Source: Cenococcum geophilum (taxonomy: Eukaryota). From it: a DNA stretch of 64,000 nt. The notes under the pieces were generated by a model. It saw nothing but the letters and a program-made list of their open reading frames with translations, had not been told where the DNA came from and made no database searches. Made by a program: the position numbers and the translations under genes. Of this stretch, positions 39,501 through 54,100 are shown in pieces (position 1 is the stretch's first letter; each line of letters begins with the position of its first letter). The stretch is taken from positions 7,688,001-7,752,000 of the forward strand of contig CP158636.1 of the NCBI GenBank assembly GCA_050273025.1, given 5' to 3'.

Positions 39501-40658
39501 TTTAGTACCTATAAATAAAGTTATAACGTTTAGATTAATACGGCAAAGGTTTAAACTTAAAGACAAAGATAAGTTAAGAGTTAACCCAAAGCACCTAGTA
39601 TACTATATGCTATTATAGATTATATATATGGATAATATATATATAATGCATAAAAATCTAAAAAAAAAGAATTAGAAATACTTTATATAGATATATTAGG
39701 CGCCGGATAAGCAATAGTATAGGAATACTAAGTATATATACAGCTGGCATCTAATAGAAGTTTAAGAGGAAGAAGATTTAATATTTTAACTAGGAAGATT
39801 CCTTATAGAAGAATGCCTAGATAAATAATAGTGGTAGGAATGCCTAGAGAATATATGTCTATAGTATATTAAAAATAAAAAGTAAACTAGGTATTAGCTA
39901 AAGAATAAGCTAAGTATAATAGGATTAAGTAGCTAATAGTTGGGAAAAGTGGAGGCCTATAGGACTAGAGGGAGCTAGTAGTAGATCCTTAGACCCTTAA
40001 AGGAATTTAAGGACAATACTTAAATTTATAAGTTAAATAGTAAAATTAATAGTTTTAAGTACTAATAGATAGTAGAGCAATAAGGAACTATATCTTACTA
40101 GTAGCAGTTAAGAGAATAGGATTACCTTATAAATAGAAGGAATAATTTTACTTATTAGTTATAATTTTAGGAGATCTAATAGCCTACGGAGGAGGGATTA
40201 TTAATCTTAAAATAGGACCTATCTAGATAACTATTAAAGGAAGATAAGTTAAGATGTCTTTTAATATCCTACTATTAGGACGGTATAAGGTAGTATTAGG
40301 GATGCCTTAGTTATAAAAATATAACCTAAGAATTAATTAGATTATAGGTTAAGTTAATATTAAAGATACTTAACGCCGCAAGATATAATAATAAACTAAG
40401 TTAGTATAGTACTAAGTTGGAGTAATATATAAAGAGACTAAGTAAGGCTTAAGTTATATACTAAAAAGATACTATAAATACGGTAAGAAACTATAGAGCT
40501 TAGAAAGTAAAAAGCTGGTAGATTATATAGTATAGGATTATAAGATAGAGTTAAAACCAGGAATAAGTCTAAGGTTCTTTCTAACCTATAAGCTTACTTA
40601 AGAGGAGGTAAGCGCACTTAAAGAGTTTGTCTAAGAAAACTTACGGAAGGGTATATTA

Positions 40659-41691
40659 TTATTTATTATTTATTTATTGCTTAATGTCTAATACGGATCC
40701 TATACGGCCTACGTAAACTACTCCATATATAGGGGAAACTTATAGATTTATAGGAAGAAAACCCCTAATATATTGGGGGAGGAAAAACCCTATAAGCCAC
40801 CTTAGTAGGATAAAAAAAACCCCAAATTGCCATGCCTGTACGTAGCAGCGGCCCTACGGGCCTACAGCTACGTCCTCCTCCTTAGATATTTTAAACTCCT
40901 TAGGAACCACTGCTTCCTTCTTTAACTTATCCAGAGCTAGGGTTTACTACGTCCCAGCTAGGCCTTGCTAATTAATTGCCGTATGCCTATAGTTGTGTCC
41001 CATATCTTAATCACCCCCTATATACTATCTCTTATTAACTATTACTATATACGCCTTGCCTCCCCCCCCTAAGGCCTATTAAAGGCGTAAGGGGAATTTA
41101 TCCGTTCTACTATCCTAATACTAAAAGACGAAAGCGGGATGTGTGTGTATGTGTATCTAAGTATCTTTATGCCTAGGCCCTAGTCACTAGGCCCTCTTTA
41201 AGGCTACCACTTCGTTAAGAGGAGACAAGGAAAACTATATAGGGTTATCCAGCTGCCGGTTTTAGTAGTATTACGGTAGTACGGTAAGTGACTATATGCT
41301 CTACAGGCGATTGTCCTAGGGGTTAGGAGGGGCCGTATATTTGCTCGTTTTGTTTACGCTCGTCCGTTCGTCGATATAAGGTCATTAATGCTTTCTATTG
41401 GGGTTTTAAGGGATATTATCGAAACTGCGCATCTATGTTGGATCGTATAGGTGCCTTAATAGGAGGATAGTGTAGTAGCCGCTATCGTACGGGGTACTAA
41501 CGGTGGTAGTTTTCGAGATCTCACCATCCCATATAAAAAAATTTCACCACCGCCCATAATACTCGCAACCACCACCACCATGTCGTATCGCACGCTGTGC
41601 GACGTCTTTGCGTTAGCTCTAAGTCTGAACTTTAAAGACCTAGGTTTGTAGCCGACACCACGTATAGGTGCAGAGTCTGTTTTCGACGGCC
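40659..41691 (-). mobile_element. 1033-bp non-autonomous non-LTR retroelement (SINE/SIDE-like) with (AATA)n-type 3' tail
   Basis: TSD GGAAGGGTATATTA (40645-40658) / AAAAGGGTATATTA (41692-41705), 12 bp exact. TTATT-repeat tail at 40659-40678. Absent from Gypsy copy 2 at ~54590. No RT ORF recognised. Confidence 0.85.
41606..41691 (-). ncRNA. HDV-like self-cleaving ribozyme (predicted, with RIP-type substitutions)
   Basis: Minus strand: P1 GGCCGTC/GTCGGCT (G.U first pair), P2 CTCTGC/GCAAAG, P3 ACC/GGT, L3 TATACGT, P1.1 partner AC, P4 CTAGGTC/GACTTAG, J4/2 AGCTAAC with putative catalytic C at 41616. The first G abuts the TSD. Confidence 0.72.
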
Positions 41692-43365
41692 AAAAGGGTA
41701 TATTAAACTATTATAATTATTAGTAGGTTATCTAGTACTATTTATACTAAAGAAAAACGGAAAACTTAGATTATATATTAACTATAAATAGTTAAATAGC
41801 ATTACTCGGAAGGATAGGTATCCTTTACCCTTAATTAATAAAATCTAAGATTAGATAGGTAACGCGTAAATCTTTATAAAGATAGATCTAAGATAGGCGT
41901 ACCATTAGATTAGAATTAAGGAAGGCAATAAATAGAAAGCAGTTTTTAGGTTAAGAGAAGGACTATATAAGCTATTAGTTATGCAATTTAAATTAATAAA
42001 TGCACCTATAACATTTTAGAAGAGAATTAATAGTATATTAGGAGAACATCTTAATGAATTTATTATAGTATACCTTAACGATATTATTATCTACTTAATA
42101 ACTAAGGAAGAATATAGAGAATACGTTAAATAGGTTTTAAAGAGACTATAGAAAGAATAGATACTAGTAGCAATTAAGAAATATAAGTTCTTTACTAGGA
42201 AGACCGATTTTATTAGATTTATTATTAAACTAGGTTATATTAGTATGGACCTAAAGAAGATTAAAGCTATAGTAAGTTAGTAAGAACTAGAGAATATAAT
42301 ATAGTTAAGGTCATTTTTAGGGGTTTGCAATTACTATAGAAGGTTTATAGTATAATAGTTAAAGAATATTAAACCGTTTACTAGGCTTATAAAGAAAGAG
42401 AAACTATAGGCATAGGGAGACAAATAAAAAAAGTTATTTAAAGAACTTAAAAAGCTGTTTACCTAGGAGCTAATTCTTAAGATCTACTAACTAGGACTAG
42501 ATATGGTTGTGGAGATAGATGTATTAAACTACGTATTAGGAGCATATTTGCTATAGAAGCACAAGGACGCATAGTATCTAGTATTATACTATAGTAGAAA
42601 GATAACACTATTAGAGTTAAACTACGACGTCTATAATAAGGAGTTATTAGGTATAATTACAGTATTAAAGGAATAGAGAGCATTCTTATAAGGCGTAGAG
42701 AAACTATTTGTAGTTAAGATAGATTATAAGAACCTAATAGGGTTCCTAATAACAAAAGAACTTAATTATAAACAGGTTAGATAGGCAGAAATACTTATAG
42801 AATACTATTTTAAGATTTAGTATACTAAAGGAACTAAGAACGTAAGAGTAGACGCACTTAGTAGAAAAGCTAAACTATAAAATAATAAGAAACTATTAGG
42901 AGTAATACTACGTAGAGATAAGGGTGGATGGATTAGATATAATTACCCTAAACTAGTAGCAACTTAAGAGAATAATAAACTAAAAAGAGTCTATAAGATA
43001 CTAGAGAGCTTTTAGATATAAAGAATTCTAAAAGTATAGCTAGAAGATCTATAGATAGATATATACGAAAATTAAGAAGTGAAGTATATCCTAAAGAGCA
43101 TAGCAGAGTATTTTATGGAAGACTTTTATAAGGGAATGACTTAGGGATATAATAGAGCAATAGGCTTAGTGTTAAGACTTTAGGAAGAATATATTATTAA
43201 CGGAATCTAAAGTATTATAAGAAAAGTAATAAAAGAGTGTCTAAATTGCTAAAGAAATAAACTAATAAGGTATAAGCTATATAGAGGGCTATAACCTATT
43301 AAAATACTAGAGAGATTATAGGACGTTATATTATAGGACTTTATTATAAAGTTACTAAAGTTAAG

Positions 43366-46300
43366 TGTTGGTCACACAGGGTGACTCACCAATAACGACT
43401 ACTTAAGTAGGTTATAGTGATGTTGGTTAATAAAGCTTGTTTATTAGAATAAGGGAGGGCGAGGAACTTAAGGCTCCTCGCCACGCTAGTGCCGCGGCGA
43501 CACGTGATGGCAACTTGCCATTACATGACGGCAGTTTACCGTACGTAACGGCAACTTGCCTTATTCCCGACACTAGCAACTCTTCTTTTATAGTTGCTAT
43601 CTATATATAAATACTGCTTAACTATTATAACAAATATAAATCCTCCTTATTTATTATTACTATTGTAATATAAGTCTCGCTATCCCAAAATTTGCCTCTT
43701 TAGCACGCGGTGCTTTCTTACTAAGGAGTCGTAGGTAGATATTATATTAGGGCCGTTAGGGCCATTAAGGCGCTAGCTATAAGCGAGCCAATAGCGATTT
43801 TTTATCCTAGGGATGGAAAATCCTAATTAGCTAGTTGGAATTAGGGTCCGTAGATTATTGTACTCCTACTCCCTTTTAACCTAACCTTTAACTCATATAT
43901 ATAAAGTATTTATATTAACAAACGTTTCTAGAGCCTTATTTAGGTTTACCTTTATTATTATATCTACTGGGTTATCTTAACCGTTAATCTATTAAATCTT
44001 AAAGAGTTTTTACTATTTATAGGATTAACGAAGTACCATAATATTAATTATAAGGCGCTTTTCCTTTATAGTACTAAGCTTAACTAAATACTTATAAAGG
44101 GAGTATAAGTCGGTATATACGATTATAGGGATAACGGGAAGTTTAAGTTAATCTATAATTATCTTTAGGGTAGTTCCAATTGTAATTGCTATATTAACTC
44201 CGCTAATTATTCTATATATCTCTAACGCTAGAACGCTTTAAGTAACGCGCTTACTTATAGTTAAGCTCTAATAGATAAGATTACTATAGATTATAAAGTT
44301 ATTCTCTCTAGTAGATTTATTTGTAATAATAATCTTATATCCTAGCTAGGAGCTAAAATCTTTATTATTTATAAATAATCTATTAACAAATATAAAGAGC
44401 TTAGCGGTAGGAAGATTAATAGGTACGTAGAGTAGTCCCTAATCAAGATGGTTTATTTGCTAGAAGAGATGCTTATTTAGGGTAAGGACGTTATCCTTAG
44501 TTAGTTCCTAGTATTAGGTGGCAACAGAGAGATTAAATAAAGCCTTAGGTTAACAGATAGAAGTAATATAAGCTCTATAAGCGCGTTGCTCCATATATCC
44601 TTATTTTAGAGAGTTAATATTAATAACGTTAATCTTCTTACCTTAACCCTTTTGGCGTAAAGCAATAGAATCCTTATTTAGGGAGAGGATACATCCATTA
44701 AAAAGTAATAGTATTATTAAATTAAGCTTTTCTTTTAGCTTTACTATAAGATTTACCTTTATTAGCTTATCTTCCTTAAGAGCTAAAAATCGGTCGTCTC
44801 CTAAGATAATTATATTATTAGTTTATATACCGATAATTCTAAATAGAGTTCTCGTGGTTATAATAAGGAAGTATAAATTAAATATAGAAGTAGTTATTAA
44901 AAGCTTCTCTTTATAGTGCTTGCTGTAGGTAGCCTACTAATAGGTTTCTGCCTCTGCGATACTATATAATAGCTTAAGCATAACTATAATTATATCCTTG
45001 GGATATTAGTGACAAATTTGCTCTAGAAGGTATACTAATATTAAGCGCTAAAGGTACGTCTCTAATTGGGTATAGGCCTAAGTAATATCTCGTAAATAGA
45101 CCGCCATTTTATTCTTTATTAAGGAGGGAGCTAGCGCAATAATAACTTACTAACTAGCTCGTTAAATTATAGGAGATTGCATAAGAATTATTTCCTTACC
45201 GTTATTATTATAACCCTAAATAATAAGCCTTAATTTCTTAAATAGGGCGTTAGTAGCTTTGCCTTTAATCTCGTTAACTATTCTTAACTTAAAGATATAA
45301 ACTTTATTAAACTTAATAGGGTTATACTTCTTAAATTTAAAGACTCCTCTCGCAATAAGGCCATCGATCTCCTACTTATTAGATACTTAGAAAGGAGCTC
45401 CTAAAGTTATAATACGACCTTCCTTTTAGAGCTATTTTACAAGTTTAAAGTTAGCCTTCTCCTTAGCTGTTATAAAGGCCATTAATAGCTTAACTCTATT
45501 CTTAATAGCGGCAATAAATTGCTCTTTAAAATTAATAAGATGTTAGTAATTTTATAATCCCTTTAGGCGACCTCTACCGCGTTATAGTTGCGGCGTATCT
45601 ACTATAATTATATTAGAATCGTGGTTGCCTTTTAGAGTACGTTAATCGTGGCTCTCCTTTAGGGCATTTTCTATAGCATCCTGTGAAGGCTCGGAACTGC
45701 TATCCTTATAGTAAGGCTTAATAACAGTTAAATGGAATTAAGTAGGTCTATAAGGCATCTAAATAGTATAAGTCTAACCATTAATTATAATAAGTTAATG
45801 TGGGCCTAACTATTCTTCCTTTTTACGCTATACGCGTACCTTAAACTAGAGTGGCAGATTAAGCGTAGTTAAGGTATTTAGACCATTTCTTATTCCTAGT
45901 ACATTATTAACCTAGCGTGTAGCGTAGAGATGTTATACCTCCTTCATTACCTTATAAATAGCCTTAGCTTATTATACGATAGAGGGAGATAGTAGAAAAT
46001 TATTAGTTATTTAAGGGTAGGTGCTAAAGACTAGTAACATAGGTATAAGTCCATTTAGGCTAGCGGAATCGTTAATGGCTTTAATAGCCATTTATAAGGT
46101 AAGTTCTTTACTAGCGTCCTCTAGTTTTAAGGAGATAATCTTATATACGTGGCGTAATAGTGTATAATATTACTTTACTTTTCTAATACTATTATATGCC
46201 TTAATAGGGACTTCCTTAACCTTAATTACTATTACCTTTATCTATTATCGAAACTCTATAGATAAGAAGTTCTTTCCTATATTATAGATAATTTAATTAG

Positions 46301-49300
46301 GGGGTTCTAGATAGATATTAATCTAGTATAATTAAAGGGTATCCTATACATTCCTAGCTAATATATTCTTTAAAAATCGTGCGGCTTAAAAGGAGGTTAA
46401 AAAGTTAATAACTTAGAGTACTAGCTTACCACTAAGATATATAACGTTAACGATAATATAGAAGTTAAAGTTATAGTTATCTTTAAGGGTGAACTTAAAT
46501 CGGCTAGGGGACTTCTAATTCATTTAGTAGTAATAGCAGTACTTTATAAGATACTTAATTGCCTTAACCTTAACTTTATGGCCTGCCCGCTAAAGAACCC
46601 TAAGTAATCGGTAAACAGATAGGTAGCTAAAACGATGGTGTAGTTAACATAACTCTAACTTAGTTAAATAGCTCTAAGTAACACTCTTTTCTAGTTATTA
46701 AAGGAGCAGCTAAGGGTAACCCTACTTATATACAATAGGCACCTAATTATCTCCCTATATAAGTATATTCTTAAGGTTGTTAAGCTTAACGCCTAATTTA
46801 TTTATATCCCTAATGCAGAATAGAAACGGAGTATTTGCGGGAATAATATGGAATTTAATATATCCTAAGGGGGTTTAGACCCTAATTATACCAAAAGAGA
46901 TCGCGGTACCCTTGCTAAAACATATTATATATTAGCCTGCCGTTAATTAGTTAATCTAGATAAAAGTATTAAGTTATTAAAGAGCTCAAACTTAAGGTTC
47001 TCCTACTATAAATACTCCTACGGCTCCTATATCTGGCATAATACTATAAAAGACGTTTACCAAGTATTTATTATTAAAGGAGAATACAAAACTCTCCTTT
47101 AGCTTATTAAAGATATCTAACTTTGTAGTAAAATAGAGCATAGATTGGTTATTAAGAATAGTAACGGTTTATATACCATCTACCTTACCATACTTAGTAA
47201 AGTATTAGTTAGGTAAGTAGTCCTCAATTTTATATCTATAAGGAGCTGTTCGGCCTTATTAACCTTACCCTTAAAATCTTTTACGCCTTTATATTAAACT
47301 AGGAAGCTTTAGAAGTAGGCCATAGTAACCTTATAATTTTTAACGTTTCTTATACTCTGGCGAAACTTATTATATATCTCCTTTTGCTTATTAAGAGAAT
47401 GCCTAGTTAACCAGTAATTCGGTTTCTTATAAATATAGCACTTCTTCTAGCAATTACTTTAAAATAAACCTCCATAAGGGCCTCCACCTTTACCTTATAG
47501 TCGTTAATTATACCCTCTACCGTATTATCTACCCTAGCCACTATATATTTAATTAGTCCAGTTATAATTATATTAGTTAGGCGGGTCAATTAAAGTAGGT
47601 TAAAGTTGGGCGTTAAATTACTCTACTTCTTAAGAGCGTAAAACGGTGCTAATAGAAGATCTTAATTAAGTATATACTCCTTTATAAGTATTTACAGGAT
47701 TAAAGAGAGTAAGGTTATATTCTTTAATACCTTAGTATACGCTAATAACTTAATTATATAGGCTAAAGTCCTCTTAATATAATTTGGATATACTACGCTA
47801 AATTATCTAAAGTTAATTAAAGAGCTTTTAAAGATAATCAAGCCGAGGGACACCTAGGTTTATAACAATAATTCTTAAAAAGGTAGTCTCTCTCCATTCT
47901 AATATATACTGCTACTTATTCTCTTTTATTTTAAAGTGGTATCTTAACTTATATATTATACGGTTAAAATTATATTCTTTTTCTACTAAATGGTTATAAT
48001 AAAAGGTACTAACTCGGCCCTTAAGCATAACGGAATAGGCGTTGTGGTATTAATTAGACTCTATTTCTACCTTCTGGTAATAGTTATAAAAGATACATAG
48101 TTTTAAATTAAGAACATTATATAATTCCCCGCTAAACTTCTTCTTTTAATCTAAATAGAGCTTTACAAGCTCTATAAGCAATTTTAAACTACCTCCGATT
48201 TAAGATTAAGATAGAGGAGGTAAGAGTTATATTATAGGCTGCAGTAGGGATATAGGTCTAGTTAGTAGAGTCTAAAGGTCATTAAATTGCAAAGCAATAG
48301 GATCCTGTGCCTGCTCTTATTAGGGTATAGTATCTAATATTAAAGCTACGGGTTAAATTAGATACGGAGGAGTTAAAGGCGGAGGTAGGTTTGTCTCTAG
48401 AGGTATATTGCCTAGGTTCCATCGTGAATTAAGCTTCCTTATAGTGCGTAGTTAGTGCTTAATCTCTTATAGAGTCCATTTATATTCTTCTTTTACGTTA
48501 ATAACCTACTCCTAAATATTATCTCTAATAGTACCCCCGTCTATAGGTATAAATACTCTATACTCCCGCAAGAAGTTACGGAAGTCTTATATAATATCCT
48601 TCTTTACAGGAGTTTATGTTTCCTTTATCTATCTAATAAAGTCCTCCTTTATATAATACTATAGCATAATATCGTTATATTTGCTATCTTTATAGTATAC
48701 TATACGGTATAATAAGAATCCGTTTAGGTCCTATTACTTAGCGGTTATAGGGCTAATGTCTCTATTCTATATCTCTAGGTTAATATCATTCTTATACTTC
48801 TTTGGGTAGGTTAACGCCATAGTAGGTATAGAATTGACAGGGTGTCGTACATTAAAGGTAGGTAGGATTTTCGGTTTCGTAGGATCTCGTAGGTTTGCTA
48901 TTAAGAGGTAGGCAATTTAAGATGTTGTTTAACGCGTTTTAAATATCGTTTAACGCGTTTCGGACGTTAACTTAGGACCCTAGGTTTAGTAACACTTCTA
49001 ACCTAAAGTACAACCAAATCTTCGTAAACGCGATTGTTCTGCGTAATAGACGCAACTTAGTATCTCCTAATACTTAGTAATACTTCTGTTACTAGTTTTC
49101 CGTAAGTTTAAGGTAGTATAGTATTACCGGGATCCATTCTATATAAGCGTATATAGCACCCCTATACGAAACTGTCTCTTCTATTTGAAAACCTAGCTAC
49201 TCTATAGTTAACTATATATTTAACTACTGATTAGTATTAGTTATATAGGGTAACTCACTAATAACGACTACTTAAGTAGGTTATAGTAATGTTGGTTAAT

Positions 49301-49421
49301 AAAGCTTGGTTATTAAAATAAGGGAGGGGGAGGAACTTAAGGCTCCTCGCTACGCTAGTGCCGCGGCGACACGTGATGGCAACTTGCCATCACGTGACGG
49401 CAACTTGCCTCATTCCCGACA
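43366..49421 (-). mobile_element. Full-length Ty1/Copia retrotransposon (GalEa-like) inserted in the Gypsy integrase
   Basis: LTRs at 43366-43572 and 49235-49421. TSD TTAAG/TTAAA. PBS-like CT(G)ATCAGT next to the 5' LTR. RT motifs RDITQAYTQS (~45070-45095), LYGIAEA, QTDD; GAG-pre-integrase HRRFGH. Confidence 0.9.
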
Positions 49422-51149
49422 TTAAAAGATCCTATTACTGGATAAGATTACGATATAATCTTAGTAATAGTAGATAAGTTAACTAAATGGGGCTACTTTA
49501 TAATATGCATAGAAGAAATCTAAGTGGAAGATATCGCTAAAATCTACGTTAAAGAAGTTTTTATATGATATAGAGCACTAAGTAAGATTATATTAGATAG
49601 AGATTTAAGATTTATAGTAGTATTTTAGGAGGTATTCTTAGTAAAATAAGGAGTTTAAGCAGCAACTTCTACCGTATATTACCCGCAGATAGACGGTTAA
49701 ATAGAAAGATTAAATTAGACGCTAGAATAGTATTTAAGGCATTATATTAATTATGCATAAAATAATTAGGTATTGCTATTACTAGTTATATAGTTTATAT
49801 ATAATATAACACTATAGGAAGGAATAGGTATATTACTATTTAAGGCAAATTATAGATATAAGCTAAGAATATCATTATTACTATAATAAGTAAAGAAAAT
49901 AAGTAGCACAGCTAAAGAAAGAATAAAAATGTTAATAAATCTTTATATAGACCTTATAGAATTAGCGAAAAAGGTATAAGAAAGAATAATAAGGTACTAT
50001 AATATTAAGAGATCTAAGGGACTAGATCTTAAGGAGGGAGATAAAGTATGGCTACTATATAAAAATTTTAAAAGTTAATAACTAAGTAAGAAGTTAGACT
50101 ATATTAGACTAGGACCTTTTAAAATTATATAAAGGATTTCACTGGTTATATTTAAGTTAAACCTACTAGCTAAAATAAAGATCTACCTTATATAGTATAT
50201 TGTAATACTAGAACTAGTATATAGGAATATTAAGCTACTAGTCTATAAAGCAAACACGTATAGAGAATAAGAGGAAGATAAATAGTAAGTTTTGAAGATT
50301 ATTAGTTATAAGGATATTAACAAAAAAATAGTATAAGGTTAAGTAGATAGGCTATAATAAGACTACCTAGGAACTACTAGAGAATTTAAAAAACGCTATA
50401 AGAAAGGTATAGGAGTATTAGAAGAAATTAGGTTAGGTAATATTAATAAGGAAAAATTGCTAAAAAATAAGTCACCTAAGGGGGACCTAAGAAGAGCAGT
50501 TGCTAAACTACTTAGATCTATTTCCTTTTCGGCTAAAAGAGAATCCGTTCTTTTATCGCTAAGTTCCTATAAACCTTATTTTATAAGTTTTTACTTTTTA
50601 AAATAAACCTTCTTATAAACCTTCTTAAGATATATTACGGACGCTTTAAGTACGATATTATAACTACTAGGAGAGGAGTCGGAAGAAGCTAGTTGGTTAA
50701 TTTAGACACGGTTTAGGATAGAGCCGATAGAACTATATAATGAGGAATAGTAACTAAGGTTATATAATGTAATCTATATAATCTAGAAGATCTATAGAAT
50801 CTATAATAGAGTAGATAGAGTATATATACCTTACGTATAAAGGGGATTTCTTAGGAGTACGGTTATGTATTTAAAGGACCACAGTCCCTACCTAGATAGT
50901 TCTCTCCTTTATAGTAAATCTTAGAATATAATTAGAGTTAATCTATTAGGCAACTACTCCACTAGTTATTATTACGTTATTGACTTCTTATTTACCTATA
51001 TACCTAGCCTATTAATAAGTCCACTGTAGTTCCTGCTATAAGGCTTCGTTATATATTTACTACTAAAGTTATAGTATTAATAAAGTTAAATAATATGCCA
51101 CTAAAAGCAGCCACTATAACGCTATTAACGGCGGCAACTACTTTAAGGT

Positions 51150-54100
51150 TAGGTAACGATACCAGTATAGTAGACACTAACTTATAGCAACCTATAACGG
51201 TCGGATAATTATAAAAAATAGTTAACTAGTTAATGGAAAATAATATAATACTAAAAAATAGGATTAACGGGATAGGAGCAGCAAAGATTAAGTTATTATT
51301 AATCGAAAGGTACTTAGGGGAAAGATTAAAACTTAAGGGATTCCTTACGTAAATATACTTTAAGGTTACGTAAGAAGAAGCAAAGCTGCCTATACCTATA
51401 GATCGAATAGTATATACGGACTATTCCTATTAGGGAGAGCACTTAAGTAATTTAAATCTTACCTTATAGAAATATAAGCGAATAGAATAATAACCACCAA
51501 TTAAGAAGTATAGTTTATATTTATAAGCTAGGAAGGATTTACGGAGCAACTTATATAAATATTTAGAGACCTAAAGGCAGTGACTATAGCGGAAAGAAAA
51601 CTCTAAGACATTATATAATAAACCTTAGTAATTAAGTATATAACGCAGTTCCAGATATTAGTAATATAAGTTAAGTAGAATAATAAGGCGCTTATAGCAT
51701 AGTATAAGCAAGGACTTAAGGCTAAAGTTTAGAACGTAATTATTCTAATAAAAGATACGGAAACCCTACGGGAACTAATAGATTAAGTAATTAAAATTAA
51801 TAATTGGATTTACTAAAGGGAGCAGGCTAAAAGAGGCTAGGATAAAGTTCTATAGTTATATAAGGCGCAAAGTACACAATAACTAAAGCTAAGTTAAAAA
51901 CTATGATATAGCGCAGAACTAATAGACCTAAGTAGTACTAAAAAATCTAAAAAATAGAATAAGAAATTATAAAAACCTAAAGGATAAAGATTAAGTAATT
52001 AAAGGTCTAAGGAGCAAAGGCTAAACTAGGGATCTTAGTAGTAGAAGATATTTAGGCGGACTCTATAGTAAGAAAAATAATTTAAAGAAGGAGCTTATAT
52101 AAATTACGGAAAATAAGGTTATTATATTAGAGACTATAAGAGTGGATAGAGTTACTATATAGTAAAAGGAACGAGACTAGTAGATAATATATATATATAA
52201 AGGGATAATAATATACTACAAGGAACAAAAGAATATTTTATTATAATAACGCATGCCAAATTTATAAGAACGCTAAGTATAGCGCAAGCTATTAGCTATA
52301 AGAGCTATATTTAGCAAAATATAAAGGAACTAATAAACTAGTTTATAGATCGGATATTAAGGACAATAAGTTTAATATAGGTAAAACATTCTATAATAAT
52401 AAGGTAATAAAGGCAGCTTACTAGGAGTATATAGACCTTAGAGATGTTATATAAGAGGTAGAGGATAATTCCACTATAGAATAGGGAATATTAGTAGGGA
52501 TTAAGACCCCACTAGATATAATATCTATTGCTTCGCAAAACGTAAGAGAAGTAGAATAGCGAACTACTTCGGCATTTAATAAAGGCAAAAGGCCAAAAGC
52601 TTAAGATTTTTAAGGTAAGATAAAAGACGACTAAGATTCTTAAAATAAGATAAGGTAAGCTTAAGAACCTATAATGGATAATAACTAATGGAGCAAAGCA
52701 ATAGCTTAGTTTAGTAATATACGAATAAGCTTAGGACGAAGTTTCCTAAAGGTATAAGACTCTTAAGATAAGATAAGAATACTATAAGAGCCTAATTAAA
52801 CTAAGGCTAGAGCTAAGCTTAAGACAGAAGTAAGCTTAAGATTAAGAATCTTATAGGACTAAGATTTTAGCAATAGAATAAGGACTATTAAAGAAATTGC
52901 GAGTAAGGCTTAGCAATAGGATTAAAATACTAACACTAAGATTAAGAAGTAAGAGAACTTTAAGGATTTATCTATAAGACGTAAACCAAAAGAAACTATA
53001 AAAGAATTTAGACAAAGAATTATCGCATAGTAAGAATAGAAACTAGATAAGAGATCTAGTATACTAGGTTATATAAGGAATAGAGCACCCGTATAAAGAA
53101 TTACTAATAAGCCTAGAGTAGGCATACTAAGAGCTAAGTAGCTTACTAAACTAAAAAACGAAGAGGATTTAGAGATCCCTACTAGATTTAAAGAACGATA
53201 TATAAAGGGCTATTATAATATAGTAATAAGAAGATACTTCCTTACGGATAAGCCGTATACACTCTAATAGCTATATTAAAAGTGGTATAGACAGCGACAT
53301 AATAATAAGTGGGAAGATTTTTATATATAGTTGGATAAATAAGTTATCTAAGACTACCTAATTATAGAGAAGGCTATAACTTATATTAAAGGAGCCTTAA
53401 TTGTAATATTAAAGGATCTAGAGAAACAATTAGAGGACTAGAGAAGTAAGAGACGTATCTTAGTACCTATAAATAAAGTTATAACGTTTAGATTAAACTT
53501 AAAAATAAAAACGAGTTAAAAGTTAACCTAAAGCGCCTAGTATACTATACGCTATTATAAATTGCATATATAGACAATATATATAAAATATATAAGAATC
53601 TAAAGAAAAAGAATTGGAAATACCCTATAAGGATATATTAGGCGCTAAATAAGCAATAGTATAGAAATGCTAAGTATATATACAGCTAGCATCTAATAGA
53701 AGTTTAAGAGTTAGGAGACTTAATACTTTAACTAAAAAGATTCCTTACGGAAAAATACTTAGATAGATAATAGTGGTGGGAATACCTAAAAAATACGTGT
53801 TTATAGTATATAGAAGATAAGAAGTAAACTAGGCATTAGCTAAAGAGTAAGCTAAGTATAATAGAATTAAGTAGCTAATAGTTAGGAAAAGTAGAGGCCT
53901 ACGGGATTAAAGGGAGCTAGTAATAGAGCCTTAGACCCTTAAAGGAATTTAAGGTTAACACCTAAATTTATATATTAAATGGTAAGATTAGTGGTTTAAA
54001 AGCACTAATAGATAGTAGAGTAACGCGAAACTATATCTTACTAGTAGTAGTTAAAAGAATGGGATTACCTTATAGACAGAAGGAGTAATCTTACCTATTA

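Larger units (their letters stand above)
37180..50450 (+). pseudogene. Gypsy gag-pol copy 1 (gag, CCHC, protease, RT, RNase H, integrase, chromodomain), interrupted twice
   Basis: CCHC ~38120; LIDSGA ~40060; YLDDIIIYS ~42070; VETDA ~42510; YHPQTDGQTER ~49680; chromodomain (Y.VKW.GY.ETTWEP.ENL) ~50330-50390. Confidence 0.9.

Noticed and set aside
40659..41691. tRNA- or 5S-derived SINE head
   Set aside because: No convincing A/B box or 5S similarity seen; the 5' end fits an HDV-like fold instead.
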